DNA of 48,090 bases, filler included, from Basidiobolus ranarum (lineage: Eukaryota), in assembly GCA_040143965.1 (NCBI GenBank). It is 2 parts of 2 records of this genome, joined end to end, with 100 filler letters (N's around TTAATTAATTAA, not from the genome) between each part and the next. Parts side by side here need not be neighbours in the genome. Positions count along the whole stretch, not along the records: positions 24,123 to 48,090 come from JASJQH010000159.1; 1 more part is not named here. One strand, 5' to 3'. Of this stretch, positions 25,750-38,147 are shown one piece after another. The first letter of the stretch is position 1; each line of letters opens with the position of its first letter. The position numbers and the translations under genes are program-made. Under the pieces are notes generated by a model that saw only the letters and a list, made by a program, of their open reading frames with translations, searched no databases and was not told where the DNA came from.

Positions 25750-27380
25750 CTACAATATATACTGGAAATTGGACTTCATCGCTTCAGGTTTCACCCCGCT
25801 TTCCATATCTGCATTCCCCTGTTTGAGGTTTTCTCGGCGCAAGAAGATCTTGATGAAAATTGTCACAAAAATCCCCACTAGAATCAAACTAAGGGAGACT
25901 AAATGGCCTTCAAGGCACCGTGGCCCCTGTGAGGGATGATAGAATTGACCTCCAAAGGCACCTCCCATTGTACCAAAGCTCACCATCATAGCGGTGGCTG
26001 TAGCAGTTTTGGTGGTACCTACCATGTTGTTCGATAGCCAAGCGATAACCACCGGGATTACTGGGAAAAGTCCCACCATCACCAGCATCGAGGAAATATA
26101 GAGTGGACCAGGCCCATCCAATGTAACTAGCAGTGCGTAACCAACAATGCAGATAAAACTGGGCACCATGATATGATACCCTCGTTCTTTGGTACGGTCT
26201 GAGTGGAATGTGTTGATAAGTGCAATGATAGCCGATAGAATATAAGGCGGGGTAGTAAGGAGCTGTGTTTGCATATTGGTGAAACCCATTTGTGAAATCA
26301 GTGTTGGAAGATATAACGAGATAGAGATCGAAGGGGTGACTATACAGAAGTACAATATCATGTAGAGCCATACTTTGAGATCGCCAACAGCAGCCCAAAA
26401 CTCCTCTCTCTTAAAGCCAGTTTCTGCGGAATCCACCAAGTCGATTTTTAGCCGATTGACCGCAAACTCTCGTTCCTCTGCACTAAGCCATGCAGCTGTA
26501 CCAGGGAAATCTGGTAGATAGAACCAGGTACATACTCCAAGGATCAGTGATGGGGCGCCTTGAATAATAAACACCCATTGCCAGGCATGAAGTCCGCCGA
26601 ATGCCTCAAGATGGCTTAATAGAAACGACAATACACCACTAAAAGCGCCTGCCAGCAAACAAGCGGAGAAAAATAGCCCGATTCTTGATCCTTGTTCACT
26701 TCTTTTGTACCAGAAAGAAAGATAGAATATGATGCCTGGAAAGAAACTGGAGAATGGTAAGTATATTGATTGTAAGCAGGTGTTTTTGTTTGAGTACGTA
26801 CCCTGCTTCCGCGCATCCAAGAAGGAATCGGCATATCATCAAGGATGCAAATCCTTTCACTGCGGCAGTGCACATGGTGATGATTCCCCAAGAGACCATG
26901 ATGCGAGAAATCCAGCGCGAAGGACGGAATCGCTTCAGCAAATTGTTAGATGGGACCTCCAGTAAGACGTATCCTGAGAAAAAGTTAGGATCCAGTTGAT
27001 AGAGATTCCAGATAGCGTGGAGACTTACCAACATAAAATATTGAAAGGGACCAAGCAAATTGATCATCAGTGACACCTACGCTTTCCTCCATGCTAAACA
27101 AGCGAGCATTCCCTATAGATGGAGATTCTAATATTTAGCACCATTGTTGAGCATCCATTCCGTTTACAAAGGTTTACTTACCGATATTGACTCTATCGAG
27201 AAAGGAGCACAGATACAGCAAACTCAAGAATGGGATCAGATGCCAGTCCATCTTTCGTAAGAGTTTTTGTTCCGAAACTGGGGGCTCCTTCGCTTCAAGC
27301 TTAACTTCATAGCTGGTGGAAATTACATCTCCCTCCACACAATGATCAGGTTCCTTGGATGGTGACTTGTTTCCGAGCAT
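25750..27380 (-). CDS. MFS transporter, anion:cation symporter (Tna1/Dal5-like) family
   Basis: EQKLLRKMDWHLIPFLSLLYLCSFLDRVNIG/NARL, YVLLEVPSNNLLKRFRPSRWISRIMVSWG, RFLLGCAEAG/FFPGIIFYLSFWYKRSE, AWQWVFIIQGAPS, QLLTTPPY, SDRTKERGYH. Confidence 0.93.
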
Positions 27381-29182
27381 TAACCGCGAGAGTAATTGAG
27401 CAAGAATGAGTAAGTTTAAATAAGAAATCAAAGTTGTTGGAGATTAAAGCCGGCACCGTGTGCTTTTATATCTAGTTTTGACTAAAGATTCCTCGGGGCA
27501 AGTAACATTCAAGCATTATCATAGTATATGCAAGTGTAGATGAGTATTGCGACTCCACCGAAGTACACCAGTGGTCTTGCATTGAATCGGCAGAAAGTGT
27601 TTTATTTTTAACGATTACAAATACGAATCCAATGTTCCGAAAAAATCGGTTTGGAACGTGATAGATAGTCTAAGTGAACTAGTTCTGAACGCATCAATGC
27701 GAGAAATTGGACCACAATGAGACATTGGAAACTAACCGAGTTGAAACACTCGTTGCCCAGGATTAGAGGAGGTTACTTTCAGTTCTATTCATGTTGAAAC
27801 AGGCTTCATATGTAAACTGGCTCAAACTCAACCCATACAAGATCCTTACTAGAAGAACAAACTTAAGCGAGAAGTACAGTAGTGTCCTGCATAGATACTC
27901 TAAGACAACGCACTAAGCTAATCGGCAGGTAATTTGTTAAGCGCTAATTCTTACTGTTATTTTTGATATGAGGATGGATCAAGTGAGATAGTTCAATGCG
28001 AGACTAAGTTTAGCATCATGTAAGATACTGACTTCCATGGCTTTTCCGATATTGTTTCTGTTCTCATTAGGTCTTTCATCAGTACACACACGTTGGGAAA
28101 CATCACGGTAACCTCCATGTCCATTCTGCGGCCTGATGACCACCCCCAGTGCTTGTTATTAAACTGTTGGACTCTTCTGGCACCGTCCACTAATGCTTAA
28201 TGCTTTGCTTGAAATTATTTTTAGAGTGGAAGGGAATGGTTATAACCGCTTTTACATTGTTGGCAACAGTGCGTACAAAGCTGACTCTGTCAAATTAACT
28301 AAAATTGAGCTCTTCGGCATGAAAGTTTCTTCATTCGTAACAGATTTAGTTTTGTGAGCACATTTGAGGTTTCCATGATAACTAATTTAGCTATCGAATA
28401 ATTACACTTCATTCCCAACATGGGCAAGTGATCGGGCTAATTATGCACTAGCACACGGATATGATGGATTACTAGGCGGCACTCTGATTGGTTAAAGGGT
28501 TCAAAGTTGTTCTACAGTCATGTCTATAAACGAGCACTCATTAGATGCCTTGTAACATGTAAAACCATTGATAGAATCCCACTCTGCGGAAAGTTATGCA
28601 ACACTCGAAGACAGCAGAAAAAGCATCAACTTAACCCTATTGAACAATCAAAGTATAAGCACCAAGTCATTTAACGTATCGATGAGTCCAGATTCTTTTA
28701 TGCCATTTGTATCTCCTTCTCATTGGTACAAGAGCTTCAGACCTCGGCCAGCTAAGTACTAGTCAGCCTAGCGAAATGTTTTCTAGCTCAATCAGACTTT
28801 GTGATACAGCCCCTTAATACTTCCTCAATCAACCAAGGAGGCTATAACCTGTGGAGTATCGTGACAGTATTTGTCTACAGCAGTAGAAACGTCAGGACAG
28901 CTCGCTGAAAAGTAGATAATTGCCGCTTCGTGAGATCACAACAACGACTGTTTGGAGCACCTGGCTAAATGTAGTCAAAAACTGAATAGCATCATGCACT
29001 GATGATAATGATGGTATTAAGATACTTTCACGTACTTGACTCATTAGATTAACAAAAGGAATTGAGCTACGTCAGTATTAGGTGGATGGCTGGAGTGGGA
29101 TTTAAATTAATTTGATCATGATAAAATGAGAGCCGCTTGGAAGAATTATAAACCAATTCTACAATTTTCCATTGATTCTAAC

Positions 29183-29488
29183 ATGTTTGCCTCCCTTCTT
29201 TCTATCAATATTTTACGCGGCGTTAAAGTAACCAGGCCTTCTACTGCTACGCACTTTCTGAGAGTCCGATTCTCCTCCCATATGGGTGAAAGTGGAGAAG
29301 ATATAGAGAAGGAGAAGGAGAAATCGTTGAAAGGAAAGGCCAATGAGTCTATTCCTGATCATCCTGGCTGGAACGAGAAGTTGGCAAGTCATGCCGAAGC
29401 CAGTGTAAAAGCTGACCATGCCTCAGAGAAGCCATTGGAGCAATTGCAAAGAGAATCCGTGCAGCATATTAAGAAGCAGCATCACTAA
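29183..29488 (+). CDS. Small conserved fungal mitochondrial protein of unknown function
   Basis: Arg/Ser/Thr-rich presequence (MFASLLSINILRGVKVTRPSTATHFLRVRFSS) followed by HPGWNEKLASHAEASVKADH...LQRESV, a motif I recognise from small uncharacterised fungal proteins. An upstream ATG at 29126 is also possible. Confidence 0.7.
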   Translation: MFASLLSINILRGVKVTRPSTATHFLRVRFSSHMGESGEDIEKEKEKSLKGKANESIPDHPGWNEKLASHAEASVKADHASEKPLEQLQRESVQHIKKQHH

Positions 29489-29754
29489 CTACGAACTAGT
29501 TTAATGTATATAAAAGCAGCCTTGAACCGTAACATTTTCTGTCATTTATTTGTCCATCCTTTTTAATTATCTGATAGAGAATGTGGTGATAGATGGAGAG
29601 CATTACAAGTCACAGAGGTAGGAACCGAAAGCCTAGTGGATCACAAGCCTTGCAGCTTTGTCTATATATGACAGTGACTTGAAGTGGACATAAGATATAG
29701 AAATCCTAGGGTAACTAATTAGCAACTGGGATCTGGAAGAGATAAGCCTGGAAT

Positions 29755-30710
29755 TTATAGTATTTTGGTTCTCTGGGTCCAATAGTTATAACCGTAAGAA
29801 ACGTAGATTTGCTGATCAGCAGGAATGTTTTCTTGGGCTACATACATCACATACCAGCGATTTTTGTAAGGCACATAAATACCACGAGCGTTTGGTTCGT
29901 CGTGATGCTAAAAATCATTCGTTAGTGAATCTCAAAGGGGTAAATTGGTGTGAAGAGAGTAATAGCAGTAGTTACTAACATTTGCAAAGCGGAACCAGTT
30001 TCCATAAGCCTTAGCATCGATGCCAAGGTCAATTTTGTTTCCTTGATCATCCAGAACATTGCCTTTGTAGCTCCACATATAATCTGTAGTGTAGGATTCA
30101 TTTGTAATCACTCCACCAAATACCCCAAGAACAGAGCCTCCAGGTATATTAATGGAGCTATACAAACCGTAACCACGGTCATCATCTACCCACCTAACAT
30201 ACATCCGCTTATCGTTAGCAGTACCCTTCTCGATGAAAGGCCCATACTTTTGGGCCAGATAGATGAGTGAGGCTTCGTCATCTACGTACTCAGGATATTC
30301 AGAGTCAGTGGTGATATCGTGGCTATCCAAAAAGCGCTCGATATTCGGGTCGGCTACCTGCAATGGCATAAGTATTTACTACGAAAAGATGCTCAATCGG
30401 ATTATCTTACCATTTTGTTAAGCGGCACTACTTGATGAAAATGAAGAAAGTCCTGCTGGTAAAACTTACGGACACCAGCTTCAGCTCTGGGTGGCTCCTT
30501 GTTCATGATTGCACTTAGCAAATGATTTTGTTTAGCAATGGTTTCTTCATATGCGTGTAATTGATTATCTCCAGAATAATGGGTATCTGCAGCATGATTA
30601 ATCCCAAAGTACTGATGAGCGAAGTAGTAAAATAGAAATGCGTAGATGGCAGTGTGTATCAAATAGAGTCTGCTCTTCGGCTGTTGGGTGTTTTGTAATG
30701 CCTGAGTCAT
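29755..30710 (-). CDS. Membrane-anchored SET-domain protein, paralog A (276 aa, 3 exons)
   Basis: Exons 30710-30411, 30357-29980 and 29907-29755. N-terminal TM LYLIHTAIYAFLFYYFAHQYF. SET motifs RGYGLYS, IDAKAYGNWFRFAN/HHDEPN and QIYVSYGYNYW. Confidence 0.88.
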
Positions 30711-32532
30711 TGAAAAAGTGAGAAAGAGCTGGTAAATTCAATGAAAAGTACTACTGATCTGTCGCCACTTGTATATATTTTGGATGGATAGAACCAGCAT
30801 TATATAGACCGTTAGCTCCATACATCTTTCAAGCCCCTGTTCTATTCCACAATACACATCAAAGATCTACAGCAGCAAGCTTAGGGATCATACTCTCCCT
30901 GTTTAACCTGATCCTTGAGGGGTATCGATGGTGCTAAGTTAGCTGAGACATGATAGTGTTCCACATGATGATTAAGATTCATATAATAGAACTGATGAAT
31001 CTAAGTGTACGGAGCAATCTGAGGATCTGGGCGGGCAAATGGACCCAACCCTCCATCAAATCATGAATCAAATGGCCAAAATCTAAACTTCAACACTGTC
31101 GTATGTAGCCTCCTACTGCTTCAATGTGTCAGGTACAACACAGCCCTAAGGAGGTTGATGCAAAGCACCATGATAGGACGATACGTTTGTGTGACGAAAT
31201 AAGAAAGGAATGTATCGCGGCATTATAGTGTTATTGTCGCCTATTCCGTGAGCGAGCCCGAATAGCAGTGAGGGGAATTGTTGTGGACGAAGAGTAAACA
31301 ACTGAGTAAGGGGGTCAGTACAAAAGTGGGCTACAATTATTTACTATTTATTAGCCGCACATTTGATTAAGCTGATTTTGAATCAAATTATAAATATTTA
31401 CGGGGAGTGTTTGCATCCTTAAGATGTGGCAAAAGCACCACTCACTGGGCTTGTTTGGGATTATCTTTTACCGACAGATCATCAAATGTGTGAACGATAC
31501 TCGCGCTTTTTCCAGTAGACACTACATAAGAGGAGGAGAGATATGAAGGTAGCATTGGACAATCCCAACTAAATCACGTATGAGCCTTCTTGCGGGATAC
31601 CAAGTACTCGGCCACATAAAGGTTGGCCGGATCACCTCAATAAACGTACAATGATTTGGTTTCAAAGCAGAACCCCTTTTGGCTTGATGACTGCTTTCAC
31701 CATCAGGATTGAAATGGCTAGTCATATACCATTTGGTAAATGGCGTGGTACAAGCCATTATATTGAACATGTCTCAATATAAAAACATATACATTCTTAG
31801 AGGGTTAGAGACAAACAAGAGCACTTGACCAATACCACCAAAAGAGTATGAATGAATGCAAATTGACTCCTTGAAGACAACACCTTCCATTTGCTATGTA
31901 TTAATGTGATCTTATGCGAGTAGACCAGTTTCCACTCACTCAGATTAGCAACACTCTGTTGGCTAGGAGCACTCGCTTGAAAGGGGTGTACCAAGATGTT
32001 TCTGCTGGTATGAGCAGTGAATCTATTTGAACAGGTAACATAAGGCCATCTCTACATTTCTGGCCCACGAATTTCATGAAACCAGATTAGATCGAATACA
32101 CTCAATAGACTCTCAAATTTCTCTAGTTGAAGATCTCGGATCAATTCCCAATGAAACATCCCCTTGGGATCTACTCAAAGTTAGGTACATTAAGCACAGC
32201 CGGGTATTGTCTGGATGGATGATCAGCAATTAATGTCAACTTTGAAGTATCACCCATTTCCTAGAAATCGATCTGTATTCTAAAAACCCAAATAAGTGAG
32301 CACTCAAGGGGCACTGGACACCATTTGAAGGGATTGAATCTACAACCCAACGAGCTCCTCCAGACTCCTTTTGAAGGAGAGTTTGTATGACTAAAAGCCG
32401 AATATAAAGCTGCCCCATGAGCCATCTCTAACTTCTCAGGAAACCCCAACGAAGCTCTCTGTTTGCATTGTTTACAGTTATATATTCTTTACAAAGGCTT
32501 ATCAAGTTTATCCGTTATATTCATTAAGCACA

Positions 32533-33480
32533 ATGACTAAGGCTAGGTTTGCACAAACTGAAGCGAAGGAACTCAGAGTGGGAAGCCATTCAGAGGGTCA
32601 CGTCAAACGCATGCTGAAATCAGTCCCCAATGGTGTCTACGCTTTCGTATTTTATGTGGCAGTGTTCTTCTTGATTGGTAGGTACTTGGATCCGTTGAGT
32701 TCAACCTCATCTACCCAGCATGTCGGAATAGCTTCGGAAGTGACCAGATTGCATCAACAAACGATGCTACTTCAAAACGAGATATTCGAGATGATCTTAA
32801 AAGGTAAGAAGATCGATACCCATGGCAACGCCGATTCTCGGCGCTTCTACATGGAAGACTTTGAGGACTATCATCAAGTAGTTCCTATTCATACCATGGT
32901 AAGATGCAATATAGTATGTTAATATAGCTTGAACAACTTACAAACCGAGAATTATTAGTTGATTGATCCAGCAATTGAGAGATTCGTACACGCCCACGAC
33001 ATTACAACGGACGAAGAATATACGGAGGACGCCGAATCTATCCAGACTTTGGCCCTTAAATACGGAGCTGCTATTACTGAAGGTACCCGCTATGATAAAA
33101 GATTCTATGTTCGTTGGGTTGATGATATCCGAGGCTATGGACTGTTCACTACTGTTAATATACCCAGTGGAGCCATCCTAGGCATTTACGGTGGGCTCTT
33201 GACCAACGGTTCGTATACCACCGACTACATGTGGAACTATAAAGGAGAGGTGTTAGATGATCAGGGCGTTAAAATCGACCTTGGCATTGACGCCAAATTC
33301 TACGGAAATTGGTTCCGTTTTGCCAATCATCATGACGAGCCCAATTCACGAGGTATTTACATACCCTACAACAACAAATGGCATGTGATCTATGTTGCCG
33401 AAAGTACCATTCTTGCTGATACACAAGTGTTTGTCTCCTACGGCTCCAACTATTGGACAAAAAGAACCAAAATTTTATAA
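32533..33480 (+). CDS. Membrane-anchored SET-domain protein, paralog B (295 aa, 2 exons)
   Basis: Exons 32533-32898 and 32959-33480. TM VYAFVFYVAVFFLIG. SET motifs RGYGLFT, IDAKFYGNWFRFANHHDEPN and QVFVSYGSNYW. Confidence 0.9.
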
Positions 33481-34135
33481 CCACTTTTACAGTTTGTAGC
33501 ATAGATTTATACACCAGCCTATTGATACTTCAAACTCAGTCTTATTCTCTATAATGGCAAGGCATATTTCAATTCAATTCTGTCCCTTTGGATTTATATA
33601 ACTATCTGAATAAATAACCAGATTCCACACTATCCATGCTGAACACATGTCTATCGTTGCCTCTAATCGAGCATCTTGCCGCGACTCCGGAAAAAGGTTT
33701 GTGATGCAACGCTCAACGGATGCAATCCCCAGCCTTCTCAGCATTTGCTGATCTATTCTGTGGTTAGAGTCTTGCAAAAATGGAGACAGTGGCAGGGCTA
33801 CACACAATACTAATACTTCTATCCACAAATTTGTCTATAATTGTGCATCGATGATGTGATTAGGAGACATATTTGTCGCATTCGAAGTATACCATTGAAT
33901 TTAGTGAAATCGACTGTGACAAGTGTTAATTGGTCTCACGTACATTAGTATTGCAGCTGTTTATTTAGACGTTTACAGGTTATTTACATGCTCCAGAGGG
34001 CAAGTGATTAGAACGGAGTTAGCTGAAGTATTAAGTAAAACCCCGCCGATTGGTACATTTATATCTCTAGTATAAAGGAAATTCTCAATGTGTGATATGG
34101 AAACCACTAACGCATTTAAGCTCAGTGAATAGTTA

Positions 34136-34881
34136 CTACTCAGCATCATGGGCTTTGTATGCATCAGAAACTCTTTTCCAAGCGGCAATTCTATCTGGCA
34201 AGGTGCTTCCATCTGTCTTGACACAGGTTAGGGTATAATACTTGAAAGCTTCTTCAGTATTGGCTCGTAGCTTTTCTAAAGCATCCCTAGGGCACTCAGA
34301 AGACTTAGCCAAATACCAAGCCGCCGAAGCGAAGCTATCTCGGTCATTAAGCACTAATGCCCTGATCTCGTTTTGTTTTTCCTCTGAGTAAGGCTCTGGA
34401 ACATTTAGAGTTATCTTAAGATATTTACGGTTTAAGGAGGCCAGACTCTTCACGTACTCGTGAATCGCTGGAAACATCATCATGTTACGCGCTAAATATA
34501 TCAGAAGTAGGCAGGTCAGAACTATTCATGTGAATTACCCTGAAGCTAACAATCAAACTTACTTCCTTGACCAGCACGACCTGGCCAGTGGTTAATGTTA
34601 AAGGCGAAGGAGCCCGACTCATATGCAATCAATGCTACAATAGCTGCCTCAGCACCCACACTGTCAATACCATACTTTAAGAAAGATTCTCTTAGCGGGG
34701 CTAGTGCTTGCTGTGCATTCCGGCATTCTTCTTTGAAAGTTGCTTGGGAACATTGGCCTTGCCCAGCACTGACTGGAACCGCAATCTCCAATATTTCCAA
34801 GGTTAATTTTGGTTCGTAAGCACAAGTGATATTCAAGACAGTGGCGAGTGAGAGACAACTTAAGAATAATGAGGATTTCAT
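34136..34881 (-). CDS. Secreted Cys-containing protein, probable lysozyme-like (GH19-related) fold, 2 exons
   Basis: Signal peptide MKSSLFLSCLSLATVLNITCA. Intron 34562-34492. Motifs ECRNAQQA, AIVALIAYESGSFAFNINHWPGRAGQG/TRNMMM and LVLNDRDSFASAAWYL. Confidence 0.7.
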
Positions 34882-35731
34882 GATAAAGACTGATGCTAGA
34901 GTGGAGCTTCCTTGATTGAAAAATGAACCGAGGCACTTGTATAAATACGAAGAACAAATGAACATAGTATCGCTTAGTTTATTATCAAATGAATAGTAAT
35001 GAAATTCTATTGTACATGGATTTACAGTACTTGTTGTATGTAGAAGTGGGGATTTGATTGAAACGTTGATATTGTTATATTACATTGTTAAAAGCTCCCT
35101 TATGTGTCTTTCTTTGCTCCCAAGTCTGTAAGCAGCATGGCATAGAATCTCCCTTGGAACCTGCTCGCATTTTACCTGGATCTCGAATGGAGAAATACTA
35201 AGAATGATAAGGATGTGCAGCCAAGCTCATGTGTACTGGTGTTTTGTGTCATTGCGTGATACTAGCAACATGCACATGCTACGCTACTTAATTCGCTATA
35301 GGGATTATCGGTTACAAGTAACAATAACCATTAGAATTAATTATCGATTCTGGATGTTCATATTAATTGTAACTTACAATGTCAACTAGTCGACAAAACG
35401 GACGAATCCCCTGACTCAAGATCCAGCATATCATGAGTTAATTGGCAATTTGAATGGCCCTTTCTCTACATTGATGATAATTATCAAACCACATTAATTT
35501 CTCTGCCAGACACCATTACAACGTCTAGACAACGTAGGGATTTATCGGATAAAATACAACTTGGGTCAACATTATCTTAAGCATGAAGTGCATGGATGTG
35601 CTTTCTTCGCATTTAATAGATCCTTTTAATTTTGGTAAATTTCCTCTTTCTTTAACAGCAATATATTCAAACAAGGACGGAAACGATATTCTTCGAGATT
35701 AAGCAGTGGACTCTACAATGAAAGGGGCAGT

Positions 35732-37057
35732 TTAGAAGCTACAGTAGGGCTGATGACCTCCGTCGCGTACTAAATAGCAAGGGAAATCACTGAAAGTGGA
35801 GTAGTAGGTCGAAGAATTCCCAAATTCGTAACCAACGAGAGGATTTAAGGGGTATGAAAATTTCGGCGATGACTGATAATTAATTGTAGAAAAATTGGAG
35901 AAAGGAGGATAATTTACAGAAAGAAGTGATGGTGAGGACATCAAATAATTGTGTTGGATTTGAATCATCACACTAGCATATTGGCAAGTAGCAGCCATAC
36001 TAGCGAGAGCAGCCACTGCGGCAACATAGCACAAGCAAATAGCACCAAGAACTTTACTCATGAGCATCATGGCATCTACAGGGCGAAGTGAAAGATTCAA
36101 GCGATTTATATACTTTGGGAGCAGTGATTGGGAGAGTATCGATACATCCTTGTAAGATAGCACATTCCGTCCATAGATTTGACTCAGACTCAGGCTAACT
36201 TCGATATACGATAAGAATGCCTCATACATCTCCTCCGTAACATAAAGGTTGTAATTCAACTGTGACAAGAACTTCCTTTCCATTTGGTTTATCTCATTCA
36301 ACGAAAATCTGCCACACGTAAAGTCGGCCCAATCTTCATTTGTATATGTAGCGGCTGAAAGATATTTATCCGCAACAATAACTGACGCCAAGAACATAGG
36401 AATTGTTGACCACTCCCCAGAGCCATCTACATCACTCACATCGAATGAATGCTTCTTTACATAGGAAACCTCATCATCATAAATGCAGCGTCGGCTCCTT
36501 CTTCTAGGTGACTGATACACTTGATTTGACTTGGATTTGAGTCTATCCACAAAAAATAAACCAAGGATTAAGCTAGTACAAGAGAGTTGTGTTCTATTTA
36601 ATACTCTACGAATAAAATTGACAGCGGCGTGATCAACTTCCAATGGATATATAAGAGATGGGTCGCTAGAATCATCCATAGGCTGAACATAAAGTAAAAA
36701 GAAATTTTCTCCAGTAATTATGGAGGCTATCATAGTAGCAGTTAGATCTAAACGTAAAAGGAAGGGTAAATTGGTGGCCAGTCAAGACAGAAACTATGAG
36801 AGATATTACCAATTAAATTAAGTGGGATGTGAGTGTAGTCTTCGGTGTTCATACCGTAAGAACGAAGTCGTCCAACAAAAAGTCTATATTCTCCTAAAGG
36901 ATCGGAAATCTACGTAAATCTCATTAGAATGGGCTGTAACAAAGAGATTGAGAATATTTTAACTGGAACATACTTGCGACACAGTTTTTCTTAGAGCTTC
37001 GTCTTTATCTTTTATGCTTTGCTCTCGGCGTTGTTCTTTTCTACGCTTGGTTCCCAT
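35732..37057 (-). CDS. CNPPD1: Pho80/Pcl-type cyclin with C-terminal transmembrane helix, CNPPD1-like, 3 exons
   Basis: Cyclin box LGLFFVDRLK, FLASVIVADKYL...YTNEDWA and LNEINQMERKFLSQLNYNLYV. Then FLSYIE...GRNVLSYKDVSIL and the hydrophobic VLGAICLCYVAAVAALASMA, as in animal CNPPD1. Two upstream exons splice in frame from ATG 37057. Confidence 0.75.
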
Positions 37058-38147
37058 GTCAAAGGGTCGATGATTGCTAAGAAGACTTTTGGTTATAGAT
37101 TTGATGAATCTCAAAAGGAATGATGTAGCTCAAACAACGATGTTACTTGATGGTTGTGAAAAAAAGGTGGCTTATTGGCAAACGAGTGAAGTGGGGAAGA
37201 AGATAAAACGCCAAGAAGCTCGATTTAATATATTTATAAATTTTTCTCATCTAAAATAGAGAGTTAATTTAAATGTACAATTAGTACTGCTGAGTATTCA
37301 TTAAGAGTTGATAAATTCCGGTTTTTACCGCCAAATCACCCATCCATCCACGGCATGACTGTTTATAATGGTTATATATGCACATACTATACATGAAGCC
37401 ACTCAAATCTTGGCTCAGCCTGATAGAGGCAATCCAACATTAACATGCGCATACTCTCATGACTTGACTTTCATCAACTCTAGACCAAAGATGGTAACAC
37501 ATCGTCATTAGTAGCTCATGATCGGATACTAGTGCTACAATAGTGAATGATGTATAAACTAGTGGCAGTTTTAACAAGAATTTCAATTTCTGAGCGTTAA
37601 GAAAGCAACCAGAGCCTAAAGTACGAAGGGATTGTAGCAAGAGCTAATTCAAGACCCAATACTGGTATTGATGACTGCCTCATAGAAGTCATCTGAAACC
37701 GATTGTCTACATATAGGTAGTTCACACAGAGTATTGTGAGTGTACTGCTTGGTATCGATGACGCAAATTTGTGTCTCAATCCGAAATGTAAGCCCTCGGG
37801 GATCCTTATTTTCCCTTGTATGTTTCGCTGTTTTCTGGTAGGGTTTGGCGCAAATTCATGGTCCATCCAACGTCAATATGCTGAAACTGAGCTGGAAACA
37901 TTTGATTACATCTAAATCGATCTTCAATTTATGCTTGCTTGCGTCCTTCATTTTCCTCAGTTCATCTTTCGCTATCTCAGCCTCCTTACTTAATTTACTC
38001 TGTATTTAGTTGACCCCAGAGGCTCCGTAAAGGTTCTTGAAGTTACAGTAAACTTAAAATTCAACTATTTTGTAACTATACTTGTGTATAGCCTAAAATC
38101 ATACTGCCTGACCTTTTGATTTATCAATTGACGTGCTTACTCTGAAC

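Noticed and set aside
25910-26999. Several overlapping alternative-frame and antisense ORFs over the MFS gene
   Set aside because: Frame shadows of the spliced transporter CDS with no independent protein features.
27400-29100. Long intergenic stretch with short ORFs (27993-28190, 28568-28762)
   Set aside because: No recognisable motifs, splice pattern or RNA gene structure. Treated as divergent upstream sequence. The same applies to the short ORFs in 30711-32532, 33574-33828 and 40200-41100.
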